Assembly: GCA_039026555.1 (NCBI GenBank)
Contig: JBCCMB010000001.1
Coordinates: forward strand, 5,631 to 69,630
Origin: Pseudomonadota bacterium
Lineage (GTDB): Bacteria > Pseudomonadota > Alphaproteobacteria > Caulobacterales > Hyphomonadaceae
Length of the DNA stretch: 64,000 bases
Reading direction: 5' to 3'
Positions 10,390 to 20,115 of the stretch are shown one piece after another. Within the stretch, counting starts at the first letter, position 1. Every line of letters starts with the position of its first letter. Below the pieces are notes generated by a model. That model saw nothing but the letters and a program-made list of their open reading frames with translations. It was not told where the DNA came from and ran no database searches. The translations under genes were made by a program, and so were the position numbers.

Positions 10390-11616
10390 GTGACTCGTTT
10401 GACGTCGCACCTAGATGCGATTGGGTCCGCAGACGCCCGTATCGCAGAGACTTTAACCGCTTGGTCCAATGTCAATTCCGGTTCCGGCAATCTGCCGGGC
10501 ATAGAACGCATGGCGGATCTGGCGACAGCGGCGTTCGGCGCGCTGAACTATGATGTGCGCAAACTTGTGTCGAACCCGGTGGCGTCGATCGATCCGGCGG
10601 GTCGAGAGGTCATGTCGCCGCGCGGGCCGATGCTGCATTTTTCCACGCGTCCGAACGCGTCGAAACGCATCATGTTGGCGGGACATTTGGATACGGTATT
10701 CCCCGAAACCTCAGCTTTTCAATCCGTGGCGAAGCGTCCGGACGGCACGCTGCACGGACCCGGCGTGGCGGACATGAAGGGTGGACTCTTAATTATGCTT
10801 GAGGCCTTGAAGTGTTTTGAGGCTTCGCCCTTCGCGGCGGATGTAGGGATAGACGTTGTTTTGAACTCCGACGAGGAGATCGCCTCTCACGCGTCTCACG
10901 AGTACATGGAAAAGATCGCGACCGGTGCGGATGCCGGATTTGTTTTCGAGCCGGCCCTTGCGGATGGCACGCTTGCGGGCGCGCGTGCGGGCTCCGGCAA
11001 TTATGACGTTGTCGTGCGCGGGCGCGCCGCCCATGCCGGCCGGGAATTCCTGGCCGGGCGCAACGCGATCGCGGGCGCGGCGCGGGTTATCGGCGCGCTG
11101 GATGCGCTCAACGGTCAGCGTAAAGACGTGACGCTGAACATCGGATTAGTGTCGGGCGGCGTCGCCCTGAATGTGGTGCCGGACACTGCAGTGGTGCGAT
11201 TGAACATACGGGCGCGCACGCCGGAGGATTTGGCGTGGATCGACGCCGCCATCCGCGACACCATCGCGAAGGGCGTGTTTGGTCCCGACATTGAGACCAG
11301 CCTACATGGCCGCATCCACCGGCCGGCTAAACCCATGACGGGCTCTTTGCAAGCTTTGTTCGAGACTGTGAAAGCCGCGGGCGCGGATATCGGCCAGCCG
11401 ATCGCCTGGGCGCCGACGGGGGGATGCTGCGACGGCAATAATCTGTCAGCCGCCGGCCTGCCGAATGTCGACACGATGGGGGTTCGGGGCGCCTATATTC
11501 ACTCCGACGAGGAATACGCCGTTATTGAGAGCTTCACCGAGCGCGCGCGCTTGGCGGCCTTGAGCATGCTGATGTTAGCGTCGGGCGAAGCGCGTTGGCC
11601 GAAGGAGCTGGCGTGA
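10390..11616 (+). CDS. M20 family metallo-hydrolase (ArgE/DapE/CPG2-like)
   Basis: LAGHLDTVFP, GPGVADMKGG and NSDEEIAS are the M20 metal-ligand motifs. Its stop overlaps the astA start. Confidence 0.75.
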   Translation: MTRLTSHLDAIGSADARIAETLTAWSNVNSGSGNLPGIERMADLATAAFGALNYDVRKLVSNPVASIDPAGREVMSPRGPMLHFSTRPNASKRIMLAGHLDTVFPETSAFQSVAKRPDGTLHGPGVADMKGGLLIMLEALKCFEASPFAADVGIDVVLNSDEEIASHASHEYMEKIATGADAGFVFEPALADGTLAGARAGSGNYDVVVRGRAAHAGREFLAGRNAIAGAARVIGALDALNGQRKDVTLNIGLVSGGVALNVVPDTAVVRLNIRARTPEDLAWIDAAIRDTIAKGVFGPDIETSLHGRIHRPAKPMTGSLQALFETVKAAGADIGQPIAWAPTGGCCDGNNLSAAGLPNVDTMGVRGAYIHSDEEYAVIESFTERARLAALSMLMLASGEARWPKELA

Positions 11617-12629
11617 CCGCAGCCTCTGAAAAACCGGTCGTTCGTCCTGCGCGCGAAAGCGATTTGCCCCAATTGGTGGATATGCTCGACAAGGTCGATC
11701 CGGGCATGGTGACGATGCCGCAAACCGAAGCGGATATGGCCGCGCGGATTGAACAATCCCTTGGAGCTTTCGAAAAACCGTCCGGGACGCCGGAGGGCGA
11801 GGCTTACTTCCTAGTGTTAGACGAAGATGGACGTCTTGCGGGAACGTCCAGCATTTTCACCAATCTTGGCGCAACCCGCCCCTTTTACAGCTATCGCATA
11901 TCGCGCCAGTCCAAATTATCGCCGGAAACCTCGTCCAAGGTGGAGTTGGATATTCTTCATCTGGTCAATGATTATCATGGCGACAGCGAGCTTGGGACCT
12001 TGTTCCTTGTGCCGGAAGCGCGGGGCGGCGGACGCGGGAGGCTCCTGTCCTTCGCCCGCTTAATGTTGATCGCCGCAGATCCGATCCGCTTTGGGCCGCG
12101 CGTGATGGCGGAAATCAGGGGCTGGGTGGACGAGACGGGAAAGCCGCCCTTTTGGGAGGCTGTCGGCCGGCATTTTTTCGGTATGGATTTCAATGACGCG
12201 GATGGGCTAAGCGCCCGCGACAGCCGCTTTATCGCCGATCTAATGCCGCGCTATCCGATCTATGTCGACTTGCTGCCGGACGAGGCGCGGGCTGCGATCG
12301 CTCGCCCAAATACGGGCGCCGCGCCTGCGAAAGCGCTGCTGGAAAGCCAGGGTTTTCGCTATAATTCGCAGGTCGATATTTTCGACGGCGGCCCCGATAT
12401 CGACGCCTACACGGAGACCATTTCCATCGTTCGGGATGCGGAACGTGCAAGCGCCGGCGAATGGGCGGGCGGCGATCCGGCAAAGGGCTTATTGTCGTTC
12501 GCGGATTTTAAAAGGTTCGCCGTGGTGCAGACCGGCGATGATGAGGCGCGCGGCGCGGCGCTAGAACGCTTGGGCGCTGGCGCGTCCGACGAGATCTTAT
12601 TTTATCCACTCGGGAGCAAGTCGGCATGA
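11613..12629 (+). CDS. astA: Arginine N-succinyltransferase
   Basis: VVRPARESDL..L, ...SIFTNLG..RPFYSY and LFL.PE.RGGG.GRLLS match the AstA family. GTG 11613 overlaps the upstream TGA and follows GAAGGAG; TTG 11595 is an alternative start. Confidence 0.8.
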   Translation: MTAASEKPVVRPARESDLPQLVDMLDKVDPGMVTMPQTEADMAARIEQSLGAFEKPSGTPEGEAYFLVLDEDGRLAGTSSIFTNLGATRPFYSYRISRQSKLSPETSSKVELDILHLVNDYHGDSELGTLFLVPEARGGGRGRLLSFARLMLIAADPIRFGPRVMAEIRGWVDETGKPPFWEAVGRHFFGMDFNDADGLSARDSRFIADLMPRYPIYVDLLPDEARAAIARPNTGAAPAKALLESQGFRYNSQVDIFDGGPDIDAYTETISIVRDAERASAGEWAGGDPAKGLLSFADFKRFAVVQTGDDEARGAALERLGAGASDEILFYPLGSKSA

Positions 12630-14104
12630 CGAGCCTGACAGGCGAGCATTTCATCGACGGCGCCTGGCGCTGTGAGGGCGCACGGTCGTTTGCGTCCGCG
12701 AGCCCTGTGACGGACGATGTCGTGTGGTCCGGCTATGAAGCGACGGATGAGGAGGTCGACGCGGCGGTTGCGGCGGCTCGCAAAGCCTTTGAAACCTGGT
12801 CCCGCCTGTCTTTCGACGAGCGCTTGAGTTTTATCAACGCCTATTCGGAGATCGCGCTGGCGAAGAAGGAGGATTTGGCCGCCATCATCTCCAAAGAGAG
12901 CGGGAAGGCACTCTGGGACGCCAGAACTGAAGCCGGCGCGGTGGCCGGAAAGGCCGGCTTATCGGTCAAAGCCTACCATGAGCGTACGCCGACAAAAGAA
13001 GCGCCGTCTGGCGCGGCCACTTTGCGTATCAGCCATCATCCGCATGGCGTGATGGCGGTGCTGGGACCGTTTAATTTTCCGGCGCATTTGCCGAACGGAC
13101 ATATCGTTCCGGCGCTCATCGCCGGCAATACGGTGGTCTTTAAACCCAGCGAGCAAACGCCGGCCACGGCCGAGTTTATGGTGCGGATGTGGGAAGAGGC
13201 CGGACTGCCCGCAGGCGTGGTCAATCTGGTGCAGGGCGCGCGGACGCCGGCCGAACAGCTCGTCAGCCATGATGATGTCGACGGCGTTTTGTTCACCGGC
13301 GGCGTCAATGCGGGCCGAGCGATCCACAAAGCGATGGCCGGAAAGCCGGAGAAGATCGTCGCGTTGGAATTGGGCGGCAATAACCCGCTGGTGGCATGGG
13401 ACGTTGAAGACGTCGCGTCGGCCGCGCGGATCATTGTGAAGTCCGCCTTTATCTCGGCGGGGCAGCGCTGCACATGCGCGCGCCGATTGATCGTGCCGGA
13501 CGGCGCAGAGGGCGATCGGATCGTCGCCGCCGTCGTTGAAATGTCGAAGCGTTTAAGCGTCGGCGCCCCGGACGCCGACCCGCAGCCCTTCATCGGATCC
13601 TTGGTGTCGGCGACCGCGGCGCAAAGTGTTCTGACCGCGCAAGAGGGGCTGATCCGCGACGGCGGCGAGGCGTTGAAACCGGTCGAAGCGTTAGATGTTG
13701 GACCCGCCTTCCTCACGCCTGGACTTATCGACGTAACACCGATTGTTGATCGCAAGGATGAGGAGATTTTCGGGCCGCTTTTGCAGGTGATCCGTGTTCC
13801 AAATTTCGAAGCGGCGATCTCGGAGGCCAACGACACCCGCTTTGGCTTGGCGGCGGGATTGATCTCAGATGACGCGGCGCTGTTTGAACAATTTTCCAGC
13901 CAGGTCCGCGCGGGCGTTTTGAACTGGAACCGCCAGACGACAGGGGCGTCGGGCGCCGCGCCGTTTGGCGGTCCGGGCCTTTCGGGCAATCACCGACCGG
14001 CGGGCTATTACGCGGCGGATTATGCGGCGTGGCCGATGGCGAGCTTAATCGCGCCGGGCCCCGCGAAAGATGAAGATCCTATTCCTGGGCTGTTGGACGG
14101 TTGA
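12626..14104 (+). CDS. astD: Succinylglutamate-semialdehyde dehydrogenase
   Basis: Aldehyde dehydrogenase motifs FKPSEQTP, ELGGNNP and GQRCTC. It lies between astA and astB with a 4-nt overlap to astA. Confidence 0.85.
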   Translation: MTSLTGEHFIDGAWRCEGARSFASASPVTDDVVWSGYEATDEEVDAAVAAARKAFETWSRLSFDERLSFINAYSEIALAKKEDLAAIISKESGKALWDARTEAGAVAGKAGLSVKAYHERTPTKEAPSGAATLRISHHPHGVMAVLGPFNFPAHLPNGHIVPALIAGNTVVFKPSEQTPATAEFMVRMWEEAGLPAGVVNLVQGARTPAEQLVSHDDVDGVLFTGGVNAGRAIHKAMAGKPEKIVALELGGNNPLVAWDVEDVASAARIIVKSAFISAGQRCTCARRLIVPDGAEGDRIVAAVVEMSKRLSVGAPDADPQPFIGSLVSATAAQSVLTAQEGLIRDGGEALKPVEALDVGPAFLTPGLIDVTPIVDRKDEEIFGPLLQVIRVPNFEAAISEANDTRFGLAAGLISDDAALFEQFSSQVRAGVLNWNRQTTGASGAAPFGGPGLSGNHRPAGYYAADYAAWPMASLIAPGPAKDEDPIPGLLDG

Positions 14105-14108
14105 GACG

Positions 14109-15446
14109 ATGACGCGCGAGGTTAATTTCGATGGGCTAGTCGGCCCTAGCCACAATTATGGCGGCTTGTCGCAGGGCAATATCGCTTCGATGAGCCATGG
14201 CGGCGGCGTCTCCAATCCCAAATCCGCCGCGAAGCAAGGTCTGGCGAAGATGCGCCGCTTGATCTCGCTGGGTTTGACGCAGGCGGTTTTGCCCCCGCAT
14301 GAACGGCCGCATATCCCGACACTGCATCGCCTGGGGTTTGCAGGGTCGGATCGCGAGATTATCGAACATGCGGCGAAAACGGCTCCCGCGCTGCTGGCGA
14401 ACGTCACCTCCGCATCCTGTATGTGGACCGCGAATGCCGCGACGGTGAGCCCAAGTGCGGACACCGCCGATGGCCGGGTGCATTTCACCCCCGCCAGTCT
14501 GTCCGCCATGTTTCATCGATCGATCGAGCATCCCGTAACCGGGCGCGTTCTGAAGGCGATTTTCGCGGATGATGCACGCTTTGCGCACCACGTCGCTGTT
14601 CCCGCCGGCGGGCGCATGGGGGATGAAGGCGCCGCGAACCATGGACGCATGGGCGCGGCGCATGGCGACGCCTCGCTGGAATTATTCGTCTATGGCCGCT
14701 CCGCGTTCGAGCGCGATGAAGGCGCAAAACGCTTTGATGCGCGGCAGGCCTTGGAATGCAGCGAGGCGGTGGCGTATCAACATCAGCTCAAGCCTGAACA
14801 AACGCTGTTTATTCGCCAGGCGGCCAAAGCGATCGACGCCGGCGCTTTCCACAATGATGTGGTGAGCGTGGCGAACGGACCGGCTCTGATGTTTCACGAA
14901 CATGCGTTTGAAGATCGCGAGGGGACGCTGGACGCCATTCGCGCGGCCGCGGAGCCGCTGGGATTTGAACCGGTTTTCCTAGAAGCGCGCGCCGACGATG
15001 TGTCTTTGGACGACGCCATCACATCTTATCTCTTCAATTCGCAATTGGTGACGCTCCTTGATGGCGGGATGGCGTTAATCCTGCCGACGGAAGCCGAAGA
15101 GACGGCCTCCACAAAGGCTTGGGTCGACGCGCAGATTGCAGCGAACGGTCCTATCAACGAGGCGCATTATCTCGATCTCAAGCAATCTATGAGCAATGGC
15201 GGGGGGCCTGCTTGCCTGCGTTTGCGGGTAGCGCTCAGCGATGAAGAGCTTGATGCCTTAGGCGCGGCGGTGATTTTGGACGATGCCAAGATAAGCGTTT
15301 TAGAAGATTGGGTGGAGCGCCATTATCGCGACCGGCTGGAACCCGCCGATATCTCGGATCCAGATTTATTGGACGAGTGCCGCGCGTCGCTGGACGAGCT
15401 GACGCAGATCCTCGATCTAGGTTCGGTCTACGATTTCCAGCTTTAG
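14109..15446 (+). CDS. astB: N-succinylarginine dihydrolase
   Basis: Start moved to ATG 14109: MTREVNFDGLVGPSHNYGGLS is the canonical AstB N-terminus. GGGPACLRLRV lies near the C-terminus. Confidence 0.85.
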   Translation: MTREVNFDGLVGPSHNYGGLSQGNIASMSHGGGVSNPKSAAKQGLAKMRRLISLGLTQAVLPPHERPHIPTLHRLGFAGSDREIIEHAAKTAPALLANVTSASCMWTANAATVSPSADTADGRVHFTPASLSAMFHRSIEHPVTGRVLKAIFADDARFAHHVAVPAGGRMGDEGAANHGRMGAAHGDASLELFVYGRSAFERDEGAKRFDARQALECSEAVAYQHQLKPEQTLFIRQAAKAIDAGAFHNDVVSVANGPALMFHEHAFEDREGTLDAIRAAAEPLGFEPVFLEARADDVSLDDAITSYLFNSQLVTLLDGGMALILPTEAEETASTKAWVDAQIAANGPINEAHYLDLKQSMSNGGGPACLRLRVALSDEELDALGAAVILDDAKISVLEDWVERHYRDRLEPADISDPDLLDECRASLDELTQILDLGSVYDFQL

Positions 15447-15522
15447 CGCTACATTCCGAATTCCATCCTTTCGCGTCGGCAAGGCTTGGAAGACGGCAGT
15501 CTGCACCTTAGCATCTACGCCA

Positions 15523-16761
15523 ATGACGAGGCCGCAAGACGGCGTCGCAAGCGAATTCGGGCCGGAGGGAAATGGGGTGAGCGGAGCGCTATCCGGATTG
15601 CGCGTTGTGGAGATGGGCCAATTGATCGCCGGCCCGTTTTGCGGCCAGCTCATGGGCGATATGGGCGCAGAGGTCATCAAGCTGGAAGCACCCGGCGCCG
15701 GCGATCCGATGCGTGGCTGGGGTCAGGGGGAAACGCCCGTCTGGTGGCAGGTCATCGCCCGCAACAAAAAATCGGTCTCCGTCAATTTGCGAACGTCCCA
15801 AGGTCAGGCGATCGCGCGGCGATTGATAGCTGAAGCCGACATTTTGATTGAGAATTTTCGACCCGGAACATTGGAAAAATGGGAGATGTCGCCGGAGAGG
15901 CTGCAGCGGGAGAACCCAGGACTGATCATTGTGCGCGTCTCGGGATACGGCCAGGACGGCCCCTACGCACAGCGCGCGGGATTTGGCGGTATTGGCGAAG
16001 CGATGGGAGGCTGGCGCGCCATTGTTGGCGATCCGGACAGACCGCCGTCGCGCATGGGCGTGTCCATCGGCGACACGCTAGCGGCGACCTATGGATGCTT
16101 AGGCGCGCTTGCGGCGCTCAATCATCGCCACCAAACGGGGCGCGGGCAGGTCGTCGACAGCGCGCTTTACGAAGCGGTGTTGCAGGTGATGGAAAGCTCG
16201 GTGGTCGACTATGGCGTCAACGGCGTGGTGCGCCAACGGACGGGGCCGATCCTGCCCAAGATTGCGCCCTCGAATGTTTATCCTTGCAAGGATGGAGAGT
16301 ATCTGATTGGCGCTAATCAAGATGGCGTTTTCGCCCGATTGTGCGAGGCTATGGGTCGGCCGGAATTGGCGGAAGATCCGCGCTACGCCGACCATCACGC
16401 CCGCGGCGAGCGACAGGCTGAGCTTGACGCACTGATCGCGGATTGGACCAGAACGCTGACGATTGATGAGCTCGAAGCGTTGATGACCGAATATGCCGTT
16501 CCGGCCGGGAAAATCTATACGCCGCCGGATATGTTGGAGGACCCGCATTTCAGAGCGCGGGACGCTCTGATCAAAGTGCCGCATCCTCAACATGGCGAAA
16601 TGTCCATGCAGGGCGTTTTTCCAAAGCTCTCAGAAACGCCGGGTCACGTGCGAACGACCGCCCCCGAAACCGTCGGCGCGCACAATGAGGATGTTTTGTC
16701 CGGCCTTCTCGGACTCGGACGCGAGGATCTGGCGGCGCTGAAAAAGGACGGCGTGATTTAG
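15523..16761 (+). CDS. CaiB/BaiF family III CoA-transferase
   Basis: LSGLRVVEMGQLIAGPFCGQLMGDMGAEVIKLE, ENFRPGTLEKW and GYGQDGPY are family III CoA-transferase motifs. Confidence 0.8.
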   Translation: MTRPQDGVASEFGPEGNGVSGALSGLRVVEMGQLIAGPFCGQLMGDMGAEVIKLEAPGAGDPMRGWGQGETPVWWQVIARNKKSVSVNLRTSQGQAIARRLIAEADILIENFRPGTLEKWEMSPERLQRENPGLIIVRVSGYGQDGPYAQRAGFGGIGEAMGGWRAIVGDPDRPPSRMGVSIGDTLAATYGCLGALAALNHRHQTGRGQVVDSALYEAVLQVMESSVVDYGVNGVVRQRTGPILPKIAPSNVYPCKDGEYLIGANQDGVFARLCEAMGRPELAEDPRYADHHARGERQAELDALIADWTRTLTIDELEALMTEYAVPAGKIYTPPDMLEDPHFRARDALIKVPHPQHGEMSMQGVFPKLSETPGHVRTTAPETVGAHNEDVLSGLLGLGREDLAALKKDGVI

Positions 16762-16770
16762 GTCGACGCG

Positions 16771-17514
16771 CTAATCGTCCAGATAATAGGTCACAGTCGT
16801 CACCACACGGACTTTTTTGTTGATCTGCTGTTCTGGGCCGACGCCTGGAATTTCATCTCGCCCTGATACCGAGAAATAGCCCTGGTTGGCGGTTTTGATG
16901 CCGCCAAGCGTCGCGCCGGAATCATTGGCGAATTGTTCGCCCGCCGCACGTGCGTCTTGTGTGGCTTCGGCGATCATGCCCGGCTTGATTTCGTTGAGGC
17001 CGGTGAAAATGAAGCTTGCGCCTTGGGCCGCCCAATCCTCAAACACGACAATGCCCTGCTTGACCAAATCCCCGGTCTTCCGGCTGGTGTCGGCGACAAG
17101 ATCGACGTTTTCCGAGCGCACTAGGAGCGTCTGAATAACGGTATAGCGCTCCACGGGACGGTTATTGCCATAGCCGGGACCTTCATCGCGGACCTCCAGC
17201 TTTTGCGGTTCGATTTCCGATGCGTTGAAGCCCTGATCGATCAGATAGCGGCGTACGGTGACGATGTCGGCGTCGACCGCTTCTTGGGCGGCGACAAGAT
17301 TATTGCCGCGGCGCGCAAACTTTAAAGGCCACATCGCGAGATCGGCTTTCACTTCGCGTTCGGCTAAGCCTTTCACCGTGACAGAGCGGTCGCCCAGGCG
17401 GCTTTCGACAAAGCCTTGGCCGACCTGCATGCCCGCGAATACGAGGCCGATCGCGAGCGCCAGCGCGCCGACAAATCCCCCAAGAATTCCTGGTCCGTTG
17501 TTCATCTCATCCAC
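16771..17514 (-). CDS. SIMPL (DUF541) domain protein
   Basis: N-terminal TM segment, then the RSVTVKGLAEREVKADLA opening and the ...KKVRVVTTVTYYLD ending, both typical of SIMPL proteins. Confidence 0.7.
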   Translation of the reverse strand: MDEMNNGPGILGGFVGALALAIGLVFAGMQVGQGFVESRLGDRSVTVKGLAEREVKADLAMWPLKFARRGNNLVAAQEAVDADIVTVRRYLIDQGFNASEIEPQKLEVRDEGPGYGNNRPVERYTVIQTLLVRSENVDLVADTSRKTGDLVKQGIVVFEDWAAQGASFIFTGLNEIKPGMIAEATQDARAAGEQFANDSGATLGGIKTANQGYFSVSGRDEIPGVGPEQQINKKVRVVTTVTYYLDD

Positions 17515-17597
17515 CCCTTCATGGCCGGTTCATCACCGATGTGAGAGCTTACCCCATATAAGCTGGCGCGCGATAACGGTTTTCCCGTGACGGGATC

Positions 17598-18491
17598 TTG
17601 TTTAAGCTAGGATGGCGCGCCAGGGGAGATGTAATTATGTGCGATTTGCACGAAACTCTAAATGCGGCGGACGGTGAAATGCCGACCTTGCATCGACGCG
17701 ACGTTGTACGCGGTCTGTGGTCGGGTACGATGGTGGCCTATGCGGGTGCGGCGGCCGGTTGCACGACCAACCCAGCGACAGGTCGATCCCAATTGATCAT
17801 GTTCTCCGAAGGGGAATTGGTGCAAATGGCCTCCCAAGCGTGGGCGCAAACCAAGCAAGAAACCCCAATTTCGCGGGATCGCGCGGCGAATGCGAGGCTA
17901 CAGCGCATCGGTAAGAAGATTGCCGCGAACGCCACCGCCCGCTCGCCGCAATTGCAGGGCACGCAATGGGAATTCGTCGTTTTTGACACGGATGACAAAA
18001 ACGCCTTCGTTCTGCCGGGCGGAAAAGTCGGATTCTACAAAGGCCTGATGGATTTTTCGGAGAATGACGACCAAATGGCGGCCGTTCTTGGCCATGAGGT
18101 CGGTCATGTCACCGGACGGCATTCCTCTGAACGCATGAGCCAACAAATGTTGGGGCAGGTCGGTATGGTGGCGGCCGGCGTCGCGGCGGCTTCATCGGAT
18201 TTATCGACGGAACAACAACAATTGCTCCTAGCGCTCGGCGGGGCGGGGCTGACAATGGGCGTGATCTTGCCGTATTCGCGCAAGCATGAGTTAGAGGCGG
18301 ATCTCCTGGGCGTCGATTACATGTATGACAGCGGATACGACGTAACCGAAAGCGTTCGGCTTTGGGAACGAATGGGCGGGGAGAGCCGGTCTTCAACGCC
18401 TGAATGGATGTCGACCCATCCCAGCCCAAATACGCGTGTGCGCGAGCTTAAGAGCTACATCAACTCCCGCGGCTATGCGCTGATGGCTTAG
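17598..18491 (+). CDS. M48 family metallopeptidase, probable lipoprotein
   Basis: HEVGHVTGRH zinc motif with downstream E..AD. A lipobox-like AGAAAGC is present. The start codon is uncertain (17598 or 17637). Confidence 0.8.
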   Translation: MFKLGWRARGDVIMCDLHETLNAADGEMPTLHRRDVVRGLWSGTMVAYAGAAAGCTTNPATGRSQLIMFSEGELVQMASQAWAQTKQETPISRDRAANARLQRIGKKIAANATARSPQLQGTQWEFVVFDTDDKNAFVLPGGKVGFYKGLMDFSENDDQMAAVLGHEVGHVTGRHSSERMSQQMLGQVGMVAAGVAAASSDLSTEQQQLLLALGGAGLTMGVILPYSRKHELEADLLGVDYMYDSGYDVTESVRLWERMGGESRSSTPEWMSTHPSPNTRVRELKSYINSRGYALMA

Positions 18492-18614
18492 CCGACATTT
18501 GGCGCAATCCAACTGTCTGTTCGCATATGCTGTGTCTCACCGCCGAAGCGACTTGCCGCGCTTGCGCGATCAACGTATACCGGCGGCCCTGAAACTGCTT
18601 TTCAACGCCGGTTC

Positions 18615-18691
18615 GCCGCCTTAGCTCAGTTGGTTAGAGCGCTTGATTGTGGATCAAGAGGTCTCCCGTTCGAACCGGGAAGGCGGTACCA
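18615..18691 (+). tRNA. tRNA-His (anticodon GTG)
   Basis: Hand-folded cloverleaf: acceptor GCCGCCT/AGGCGGT, D arm GCTC..GAGC, anticodon arm CTTGA-TTGTGGA-TCAAG, T arm TCCCG-TTCGAAC-CGGGA, A73 and an encoded CCA. Confidence 0.85.
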
Positions 18692-18721
18692 TCCAAGACG
18701 TTGAAAACGTTTCAAAAATTT

Positions 18722-20005
18722 ATGAACCAAAATCCTGAAATTGACAGTTTTTGGCGATTTGGTTCACAATTTGGTTCATTCTCAGGAGTGGACCCATTGC
18801 CTAAGCTCGCCTTTTCCGACCGCTGGATCGCCAATGTGCGGAGCGCGTCCGGGACGACGGAATACGTAGATGCTGCGTGTCCGAATTTGCGGCTCCGCGT
18901 CGGCGCGAGGACGAAAACATTCTCCGTGATGGTGGGCGACGCCGCCAGCAGACGCAGGTTGCGGCTCGGCAAATATCCGGAAATTTCTCTAGCGGATGCG
19001 CGTAAGCGCGCTGAAACGGCGGACGACAGTCCTTCGGTTAAACGTGTTGTTCAGCGCGAAAGCCGTTTCGGAACGGTCCGCGAGCTTTTCGAGTTTGTCG
19101 TTGACCAGATGGAAGCGGAGGGAAAGAACGCCGGCCCGAACCGCACCTATTTGCTTACGGGGCCGCGCGCAGCCGTCGATGCGTTTGGCGAGAACACGTT
19201 AGCGAGAAATGTAACGGCGGAAGACGTCGCTGATTGGCTTCGCGATATCTATCGCTCCGGCGTGCAGACAATTCATCCGCGATCGTTCGTATCGTCGGCG
19301 TTTAGGCGCGGCATGCTAGCAGACAATGATCCGACGAAAGATATCGGTGACGTGTTATTCGGAATTGAAACGAACCCCGTAACAAATGTCGGCGGGGGAG
19401 GCGCGTCGCGTGCGCGTCATCGGAAACTAAGTTTAGATGAGCTGAGAACGCTGTGGTCAGGCTTGCCGACATACGTATCGGCTCAAACAACTTGCGCCAT
19501 CCGGCTCATAATCAGTCTTGGCGGAGTGCGGATCACTGAAGTTCTTCGAAGCGAGAAGGCATGGTGGATAGATGGCGAACCTGTCTGGCTAAAGATCCCG
19601 GCGACGAAGAATGAAACGGAGCACGCGCTGCCGCTCCCGGAGATGGCCGCAGCGCAGCTGAGCGTCGCAAAATTGCTCGCGCATCCCGAAGCGCCTTTCC
19701 TGTTTCCGCACCGCTTTCGGCAGACCGAGATGCACGTGACGCCAAACACCCTGAGCCAGGCGATCCGTCGTTATTGTGACGAGACGGGAATTGAGCGGTT
19801 CCAGCCTCGGGACCTTCGACGCACGATGAAGTCCCATTTGCTCGACAGCAATGACGATCTGCAAGAGGCGTGGTTGGACATCTGGCACAATCACGGACGC
19901 AACGCGACTGTTGCGCGCAAACACTATGATCGCGCCGAATACAGACGTGTAAAAAAGCGGGTCGCTGACGCGATCGATCGGTTGCTGGAGTCAGTCGTGA
20001 AATAA
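18722..20005 (+). CDS. int: Tyrosine-type site-specific integrase
   Basis: Immediately 3' of tRNA-His. The N-terminus reads LSDRWIANV...LRLRVGARTKTFSV, as in an integrase arm-binding domain. The C-terminus has RDLRRTMKSHL and HNHGRNATVARKHYDR (R..H..R..Y). The start is uncertain, because the listed ORF begins inside the tRNA. Confidence 0.85.
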   Translation: MNQNPEIDSFWRFGSQFGSFSGVDPLPKLAFSDRWIANVRSASGTTEYVDAACPNLRLRVGARTKTFSVMVGDAASRRRLRLGKYPEISLADARKRAETADDSPSVKRVVQRESRFGTVRELFEFVVDQMEAEGKNAGPNRTYLLTGPRAAVDAFGENTLARNVTAEDVADWLRDIYRSGVQTIHPRSFVSSAFRRGMLADNDPTKDIGDVLFGIETNPVTNVGGGGASRARHRKLSLDELRTLWSGLPTYVSAQTTCAIRLIISLGGVRITEVLRSEKAWWIDGEPVWLKIPATKNETEHALPLPEMAAAQLSVAKLLAHPEAPFLFPHRFRQTEMHVTPNTLSQAIRRYCDETGIERFQPRDLRRTMKSHLLDSNDDLQEAWLDIWHNHGRNATVARKHYDRAEYRRVKKRVADAIDRLLESVVK

Positions 20006-20067
20006 CCAACTGCGGCTCGCCGTTTGGTTTGCGCCGAATTCATGCTGCGATCGGCGTTTGAACAATC

Positions 20068-20115
20068 TGTCTCCAAAACCGAGGGTCGGGGGTTCGATTC
20101 CCTCTGCCCCTGCCA
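20068..20115 (+). pseudogene. 3' fragment of a tRNA-Trp gene (anticodon loop to CCA)
   Basis: GTCTCCAAAACCGAGGGTCGGGGGTTCGATTCCCTCTGCCCCTGCCA parallels the 3' half of bacterial tRNA-Trp(CCA): CUCCAAA loop, T arm, acceptor 3' strand, G73 and CCA. No matching 5' acceptor strand or D arm lies upstream. Confidence 0.6.

Noticed and set aside
13036-13989. 317-aa minus-strand ORF inside astD, and the similar 5200-5832, 54080-54916 and 27903-28541 ORFs
   Set aside because: All are antisense or alternative-frame shadows of genes with strong family motifs in high-GC sequence.
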